DNA from: Haloquadratum walsbyi C23
GTDB lineage: Archaea; Halobacteriota; Halobacteria; Halobacteriales; Haloferacaceae
DNA length: 32,000 nt
NCBI RefSeq assembly: GCF_000237865.1
Contig: NC_017459.1
Coordinates: forward strand, 2,430,001 to 2,462,000
Direction of reading: 5' to 3'
Positions 26,949 through 32,000 of this stretch are shown piece after piece (the stretch's first letter is position 1; each line of letters opens with the position of its first letter). Both the position numbers and the translations under genes were made by a program. Below the pieces are notes generated by a model. It did no database searches, was not told the DNA's origin, and worked only from the letters and a program-made list of their open reading frames with translations.

Positions 26949-27239
26949 ATGGCAACCGAAGATATCTCAACTCGACTCGCACAGCTCAAACCGAAACTTG
27001 AGCAGGAGTATCCGATCAGCGAGTTGGGTATCTTTGGGTCGTACGCGCGTGGTGAACAACAGCCTGACAGCGATCTCGATATACTCGTCGCGTTCGACAA
27101 GCCAGTAACGTTGTTCGATCTCGTTCGGTTAGAAAACGAACTGACAGAGGAACTTGGTATTGAGGTCGACCTCGTGACGAAAGACTCGTTGAAGCCACGG
27201 GTTGAATCCCGCGTTCGCGACGATCTCGTCATGTTATGA
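26949..27239 (+). CDS. mntA: Minimal nucleotidyltransferase antitoxin (MNT/MntA)
   Basis: GIFGSYARGEQQPDSDLDILVAF is the canonical GS-x-x-RG ... D-x-D nucleotidyltransferase motif. 4-nt overlap with the HEPN gene. Confidence 0.9.
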   Translation: MATEDISTRLAQLKPKLEQEYPISELGIFGSYARGEQQPDSDLDILVAFDKPVTLFDLVRLENELTEELGIEVDLVTKDSLKPRVESRVRDDLVML

Positions 27240-27574
27240 CAGCGGTTCTGGACTATCTCGATGACATTCTTGACGGCGTCGAGAAGATCAAGCGATATAC
27301 ACGAGAGATGACCTACGAAGAATTCGTTGACGACTCAAAGACAGTCGACGCAGTACTCCGAAATTTTGAGGTGATCGGCGAAGTAGCGAAGAACGTTCCT
27401 GATGAGATCCGTCAAGAGTATGATGATGTGCCGTGGTCAGAAATGACTGGAATGCGTGATAAGTTGATCCACGGATACGCAACCGTCGAATTACAAATCG
27501 TCTGGACAACCATCCAAGAAGAGGTGCCAAGCTTAGGAGCACAGATCGAGTCCGTTCGAGACGAAATTGAATGA
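27236..27574 (+). CDS. hepT: HEPN-domain (DUF86) toxin HepT
   Basis: 112 aa with R-x4-H-x-Y (MRDKLIHGY) near the C-terminal third. Typical DUF86 length and position after an MNT. Confidence 0.9.
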   Translation: MTAVLDYLDDILDGVEKIKRYTREMTYEEFVDDSKTVDAVLRNFEVIGEVAKNVPDEIRQEYDDVPWSEMTGMRDKLIHGYATVELQIVWTTIQEEVPSLGAQIESVRDEIE

Positions 27575-27902
27575 CATCGCAACGCACAGTAGTGTAGTGG
27601 GGTCTTCCATGACGTTCGTAATGAACACTTCATGAGCGACCATGGCTACATAATCCGAGAATGCTACGGCTATCTCGGAAGCGCAGGCATGGTTTGCGGC
27701 ACATCCAGAGTCTGCGAAACACAGCTCGACCGAGACGTCTGAAACTCCTCTCTAGAGTGTCTCTTCTCTGTTGACAACTCTGACTTCTCACGGCGAGGGA
27801 GATGTTGTGCGTGAACCACCTCGGGGTCACATCAAAGCCCCGAGGCACTTGCCTGCTCTGTCTGTAGAAACATTTACCAAGTGTTAGATGTAACTCAAAT
27901 AT

Positions 27903-28178
27903 ATGACGACGGCAGTGAAAGTCCACGACGATGCAAAATCTCGTCTCGAAGAACTCCAAGCGGAGATTCGACTCCAGACGGGGTCAGCAGTCACTCAACA
28001 GGAGTTGCTCTCGCGCCTCATCGATGACGCATACGAATCACGTGAGGACGTGATCGACTCGTTCCGAGAGTCATCAGTTCCACTGTCACCGGCAGAGAAG
28101 GAGGCCATGCGCCGTGGCCGGTTCCATTCAGGCGTTGAAACGGATGAGAGCGATATCGACGACGTACTGTACGGATGA
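27903..28178 (+). CDS. vapB: VapB-type antitoxin (RHH-like N-terminus, acidic C-terminus)
   Basis: 91 aa. MTTAVKVHDDAKSRLEELQAEIRLQTGSAVTQQELLSRLID. 4-nt overlap with the PIN gene. Confidence 0.75.
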   Translation: MTTAVKVHDDAKSRLEELQAEIRLQTGSAVTQQELLSRLIDDAYESREDVIDSFRESSVPLSPAEKEAMRRGRFHSGVETDESDIDDVLYG

Positions 28179-28606
28179 CGGTCTTTGTGGATACCGGTGT
28201 ACTGTACGCGGACCATGACCAAGATGCGTCACGGCATACCGCCGCCAGTGCTGCTCTTGACGCCGTGTACGACGGCGAGTTTGGGCAGCCGTATGTAAGT
28301 GACTACATTTACGACGAGGCGGTGACGCTCACACTCAAACGAGGTGGTGCGTTCATCCCCGCACGGCAGCTCGGAGCAAAGCTTAGGGGGGTCGATCCGT
28401 ATCCGAAGGCATATGAGCTGCTCCGTGTCTCAGCGGCAGTCTTTCAGGATGCTGTCGATGTGTTCGAACGCTACGACGATCAGGCGTTGAGTTTCACAGA
28501 CGCCACGACGGTCGCGCTGTGTCGTCGTCACGACATTAACGCCGTGTTGAGCTTTGATGACGACTTCGACGGCGTCACGGAGCGGATCGATCCTCGTTCT
28601 GTGTGA
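28175..28606 (+). CDS. vapC: PIN-domain toxin VapC
   Basis: MTVFVDTGVLYADHDQDASRH...SFTDATTVALCRRHDINAVLSFDDDFD shows the conserved PIN acidic residues (D6, D/E mid, D-x-T, S-F-D-x-D-F). Confidence 0.88.
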   Translation: MTVFVDTGVLYADHDQDASRHTAASAALDAVYDGEFGQPYVSDYIYDEAVTLTLKRGGAFIPARQLGAKLRGVDPYPKAYELLRVSAAVFQDAVDVFERYDDQALSFTDATTVALCRRHDINAVLSFDDDFDGVTERIDPRSV

Positions 28607-28611
28607 GCCCA

Positions 28612-28667
28612 TGGTGGGATTGTTCGATCTGTTCGAGTTTGATCCCAACGACGCGTTCGTCAACCAC
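28612..28667 (-). pseudogene. 5' remnant (about 16 codons) of the HEPN partner of the MNT at 28660-29091
   Basis: VDERVVGIKLEQIEQ parallels MVDERVMCLTLEQIEQ of 16427-16756. Similarity ends a few nt from the vapC stop. Confidence 0.6.
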
Positions 28668-29091
28668 GCAATCCGTCCTCCGCGATCCGATCGATGATCG
28701 CCCGCTGGTGACGGCGAAGCGTTTCGCGCTGCTCATCAAATTCTGCTTCGGTGTCCGTCTTGAACTCTTCAAACGCATCTTCATCACCACAAAGGAGTTT
28801 GCCGTTCACCACGTCGTGTGCGACGTCCAGTGGGAGCGATTCAATATCGGACACGTCGATGGATGGGAACTCCTCGTGTTGGAGCTCACCAAAGAGTACA
28901 CACCGCTTTTTGAACCGGTTCCGTTCAGAATAGTCTGCTGTGAACTTGACAGCGATATCAAGATCTGATGAACGCGTTGCTGTTCCCGAAAGCTGTGATT
29001 CGAATACAACGGCAAAGACGATGTCCGGATCAGCACAGATCATATCCTTGAGAGCGGAGCGTGTCTGTGACTGATCAGCATTCGGTTCCAT
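28660..29091 (-). CDS. Minimal nucleotidyltransferase (MNT) with an atypical glycine motif
   Basis: From ATG 29089-29091: MEPNADQSQTRSALKDMICADPDIVFAVVFESQLSGTATRSSDLDIAVKF. D-x-D is present, but the usual G-S reads E-S. The partner HEPN is truncated. Confidence 0.7.
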   Translation of the reverse strand: MEPNADQSQTRSALKDMICADPDIVFAVVFESQLSGTATRSSDLDIAVKFTADYSERNRFKKRCVLFGELQHEEFPSIDVSDIESLPLDVAHDVVNGKLLCGDEDAFEEFKTDTEAEFDEQRETLRRHQRAIIDRIAEDGLRG

Positions 29092-29745
29092 ACAAGAACC
29101 CACATCGTATTATCACAAATTGACATCCTCCTCGGCCTGAAGACGGGAGGAATCCAACGGCACCGTACCGCTGCGTTGAGTTGAGTTGAGTTGGGAATGT
29201 CAGGGTTGGGTTGACAGACTCCCAATACCAAGCCACCACACCGTTCGAATCGGTGAGTGACCGGGGCCGGTCGATGGGTAGTCTCCTGGGAGTGCCACAT
29301 CTCAGCTCTAGCTTCCGCCCCCGCTCCCGGGACTCCTCTCGTTTGTCAGAGTCGGACGCCCACGCCCAGAGTTGTTTGTGCTTCGGGGCGTCCGACACCG
29401 ACAGACTCAGACTTCAGCGGACACGGACTCGGAGTTAACTTTCACTGCGAGCTTCGCCCGGTGGTTGTTGTTTGCACAGAGGGCACACCCTGGTTCCAGC
29501 GTGGGCGGACACTCATACTCATACTTACACTTGAACCGCCAGTTTCGGGCGCTCGGCTACACTGGGGTCGTAACCGCTGGGTCGACATTGACATTCACAT
29601 ATGCGCTGTTTGTGGAGAAAACTGTGTGGAATTACCACTGTGACGGCGCGTATCCACACCGTGCGTGGGATTGCGCCTGCTCCGCGTATAATTCCGCCAA
29701 GTCATATTGTATCACCACACTAATGACAGTGTGGACTACCTGCTC

Positions 29746-29951
29746 TCAGCTAAACTCGTAGCCGGTGTTGCGGGCGTCGACGTATGCGTTGTTGCCCTCT
29801 CGATCTGGCACGTAACACGGACCGTGATCCGCTGTGTGGAAGATGGGAGCTTCGATATCCGGTCCGCTTCGCCGGCGTCGATTGCTTCGAGCCGTTCCTC
29901 AAGATCGCTACGATCCGGAGACTCGATCCGGACGTGGAGTGTTCGGGTCAT
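29746..29951 (-). pseudogene. Frameshifted remnant; the N-terminus resembles TumA/HVO_A0114-type regulators
   Basis: MTRTLHVRIESPDRSDLEERLEAIDAGEAD, then plausible sequence continues only in another frame (PDIEAPIFHTADHGPCYVPDREGNNAYVDARNTGYEFS). The expected wHTH body is absent. Confidence 0.4.
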
Positions 29952-30003
29952 GATGTGAGGAGTGGAGTCATGATCGTTTGTCAGTCACCGTACTTGAGAG
30001 ACG

Positions 30004-30201
30004 TCACCAGTCGGCACGTTTCGATGTCAGGAGTGCCCCCCGCCATGTGCGAAAGGTCTCAACAAGCCCGGGGTAGTTGATCTCGAACGGTTCCGACCCC
30101 AGATGGAGTTCATGAACGCCGTGGTGGGTATCAAACCGGATGGTCGGGTCTGTCGCGTCGACTTCGATCTCTTCTTCCAGCACGGTGATATCATCGCTCA
30201 T
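30004..30201 (-). CDS. Small hypothetical protein, possibly TumE/DUF6516-like
   Basis: MSDDITVLEEEIEVDATDPTIRFDTHHGVHELHLGSEPFE has a His-rich R-F-D-x-H-H...H-x-H core and lies upstream of a TumA-like remnant. This is a weak assignment. Confidence 0.35.
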   Translation of the reverse strand: MSDDITVLEEEIEVDATDPTIRFDTHHGVHELHLGSEPFEINYPGLVETFRTWRGALLTSKRADW

Positions 30202-30210
30202 CCACATATG

Positions 30211-30543
30211 TTAACATAAAGTGTTCACATAACTGTTAGGAATAATCCTAACAGAAACGCTTCGACATGAGTCCGGACCTCGTGGGATCAGGGAGAACAC
30301 TGCTGAGCAGTCACGAGCAGACTGAAACAATCCTGAGTCCCCTGTCGGTCGCGCCCTGTTAGTTCGTCTTGATCTCGGGAGTGTCGGCCTTGCGGGAGTG
30401 CGCACAGATGCGCTCAACGCGCTTCTTGAGCTTGAGCTTGAGCTCGATCTCAGGCTCTCAGCGAATGGCTTCGTCGAATCGTGATAGTCAACTATAGACC
30501 ATGTTGTCGTGGACGTGACCGTGTCGAGTGTTGGTTCGTTCAC
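30211..30543 (-). pseudogene. Small gene of unknown function, apparently frameshifted
   Basis: The GTG start overlaps the stop of the upstream 463-aa ORF. After about 30 codons the listed frame becomes Ser/Arg-rich junk. Another frame reads EPEIELKLKLKKRVERICAHSRKADTPEIKTN, stop. Confidence 0.35.
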
Positions 30544-32000
30544 TACTGCTCACCTCCATTCGGAAGCCGTGTTTGTCGCGTTGGGACTGCTATCGTCGGA
30601 TGTGTTGTCGGTGTCGTGGTGTGATAGGGATGGTCGGAATCGGCTTGGATGTCCGGGTGTTGGTACTGTTGTGCATTGCTGTTCGACAGTCGGTTCTTGT
30701 CGACGTTGATCATCGGATGCGCGGTGATGTGACTGGTATCTCCGTTAAGTTCGGTGGCAATCGAAGGTGGTGGGTGTCTGTCCCACTCAGCAAGAGTATA
30801 TTTCCTCATGTGGTCGAAGGGTATGCTTCTCGATCCGGTGGGTGTGGTCGGCTGTCGATATATCACTAGCGGCGGTGCGATCTGATTGCTGTTCGGCGAA
30901 AGCCAGGTCGTTACTGGTGGTGTCGGACTTGTTGTGGTCCACCGGCGGTGACCCTCTTGCTGGACTGCAGTTACGCGGTCAAGTTCGCGGACATCGCCAA
31001 TCCGTCGGTCATAGCTACTTGCGGAGATATCCGCCTGCTCGATTAGCTCCGAGCGACCAACTGGACCGTCGGCTCGCAATAGGGTGGCGTACAGTTTGGT
31101 GGCTGTCGGTGTGAGATCGGACCGGAAGCGCTCTGGTGGGAGTGTAGCCGCTGCGCGTTCGACGTCCGCAGGCGTTGAGGTTGGGGAGTGTGACTCGGAC
31201 TCGTTCAGCGCTCGCAGCAGGCTCTCTACGACATCGTATGGACACGCTCTGTGTGTGCCCGACAGACCGAACGAGCGCAGACAGAGCCGCACCAGTCGCT
31301 GTTGCTCGCGAGGTGTCCACCGAATGTCGTGGGTCATTGCAATCTCGGTGATCACCTGCCGGATGGCGGGGTACGTCGTCCCGTCGACGACAGGGATCTC
31401 AAGCGGTGGTACTTGCTCAATCCCCTCGGCGATTGATTGTCGGACGGTGGCGAGTTCACGTGCGAGCGTCGTGGTAATTTCGTCGTGAAGCGCGGTGATG
31501 GTCGGGCCCGAAAGTACCCATGACATGGTGAGATTCATCGTCGCGTCGTCATCAGTCTCATAGGGAAGTCGTCGGCACAACTTTGCGGGTCGTTCCTCGA
31601 ACAACATGCGATAGCCTGAGTGAATCCCGCAGATGGACTGTTTGGGAGCTGTCTTACTGAGAAACGCACAGAGATTCTGTCGTTGGGTGGTGTTACGTGC
31701 GAGTGCGTCGGTATCGGGAATTCTAATAGTGGTTGTCAGGTCGATACCAACCGCGTGATACAACTGTGTCGCCGAGGCAATCAGTCCATGAAGATCTTTG
31801 AACAGGTCGCTTCGGGCGGCTGTATCACCGCTGTGCGTGAGTTCGGCAACTCGTGTAAGCAGTCGATCTCGAACCGTTGTTATCCGCTCGCGCCATGCTC
31901 CGTAGGTGGTTTCGGCGTCGCTGTACCAGCCCACCTGATGACCACGGCGGAGAAGTCGGTCGACTGGATACGCCTGGGTTCCGTCATCGATTGCTTCGAA
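30543..32000 (-). CDS. Large hypothetical protein with an internal wHTH-like segment; the 5' end lies beyond the window
   Basis: The frame is open from the window edge (FEAIDDGTQAYPVDRLLRRGHQVGWYSD...). KLYATLLRADGPVGRSELIEQADISASSYDRRIGDVREL looks like a wHTH. The C-terminal tail is a Thr/Pro/His-rich low-complexity region. Confidence 0.6.
   Translation of the reverse strand, partial: FEAIDDGTQAYPVDRLLRRGHQVGWYSDAETTYGAWRERITTVRDRLLTRVAELTHSGDTAARSDLFKDLHGLIASATQLYHAVGIDLTTTIRIPDTDALARNTTQRQNLCAFLSKTAPKQSICGIHSGYRMLFEERPAKLCRRLPYETDDDATMNLTMSWVLSGPTITALHDEITTTLARELATVRQSIAEGIEQVPPLEIPVVDGTTYPAIRQVITEIAMTHDIRWTPREQQRLVRLCLRSFGLSGTHRACPYDVVESLLRALNESESHSPTSTPADVERAAATLPPERFRSDLTPTATKLYATLLRADGPVGRSELIEQADISASSYDRRIGDVRELDRVTAVQQEGHRRWTTTSPTPPVTTWLSPNSNQIAPPLVIYRQPTTPTGSRSIPFDHMRKYTLAEWDRHPPPSIATELNGDTSHITAHPMINVDKNRLSNSNAQQYQHPDIQADSDHPYHTTTPTTHPTIAVPTRQTRLPNGGEQ

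Noticed and set aside
27819-27845. 8-bp perfect hairpin CCTCGGGG-N11-CCCCGAGG about 57 nt upstream of vapB
   Set aside because: It is real in the sequence, but there is no T-tract and its role is unclear. It could be a terminator for hepT or an operator, and I cannot tell which from sequence alone.
27630-27959. 109-aa minus-strand ORF between hepT and vapB
   Set aside because: It is Arg/Cys/Phe-rich, overlaps the vapB start and has no family resemblance. The region is more likely a non-coding spacer. A 37-codon plus-strand ORF at about 27642 (MSDHGYIIRECYGYLGSAGMVCGTSRVCETQLDRDV) is too short to support.
29175-29194. Short tandem repeat (GTTGA)x3 plus GTTGG
   Set aside because: It is only about 4 units, lies in a degraded region and has no associated feature. 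It is probably slippage noise.
29257-29761. Overlapping 128-aa and 129-aa plus-strand ORFs
   Set aside because: They overlap each other and are Pro/Arg/Ser/Gly-rich, as expected for open frames in GC-rich DNA. The minus-strand fragments look more protein-like (see the finding at 29407-29700).

Overview
This looks like a haloarchaeal chromosome segment: acidic proteins, TATA-like AT boxes about 25-30 nt upstream of start codons, and ISH-style insertion sequences. The overall feel is Haloquadratum-like, but that is inference only.

**Three blocks**
- **1-11.3 kb:** a cell-surface glycan biosynthesis cluster. It holds GT4 glycosyltransferases, an FkbM methyltransferase, an alkaline-phosphatase-superfamily gene and two very AT-rich GT-B/capsule-synthesis-like genes. 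Mobile DNA has damaged it. One IS splits a GT4 gene with a clean 7-bp target duplication. A second, IS4-type element is itself broken by a small non-autonomous insertion.
- **11.8-15.5 kb:** core-like genes, namely a DUF4330 membrane protein, a hypothetical protein and undecaprenyl-diphosphatase uppP.
- **15.3-32 kb:** a GC-richer, heavily rearranged accessory island.

**Structure of the island**
- An approximately 525-bp direct repeat, which includes a second copy of the uppP 3' end, brackets about 8.8 kb.
- Nested inside it, an approximately 190-bp direct repeat brackets about 5.2 kb. That unit contains an integrase remnant cut by a 113-bp MITE, a dense TGAATCA iteron array and an IS66 fragment.
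- The island is packed with toxin-antitoxin-like pairs: VapBC x3, MNT/HEPN x3, and several wHTH-plus-partner modules. About half are frameshifted or truncated.

**Most interesting candidates**
- The iteron array, as a possible origin or centromere of an integrated small replicon.
- A translationally coupled double-wHTH + PIN-like two-gene module, present as one intact and one decayed copy.
- A wHTH + His/Trp-rich 142-aa pair.
- A palindrome-flanked RHH mini-cassette with a gene-less derivative.

I recognised no rRNA, tRNA or CRISPR array. All family assignments come from motif reading by eye, not from searches.
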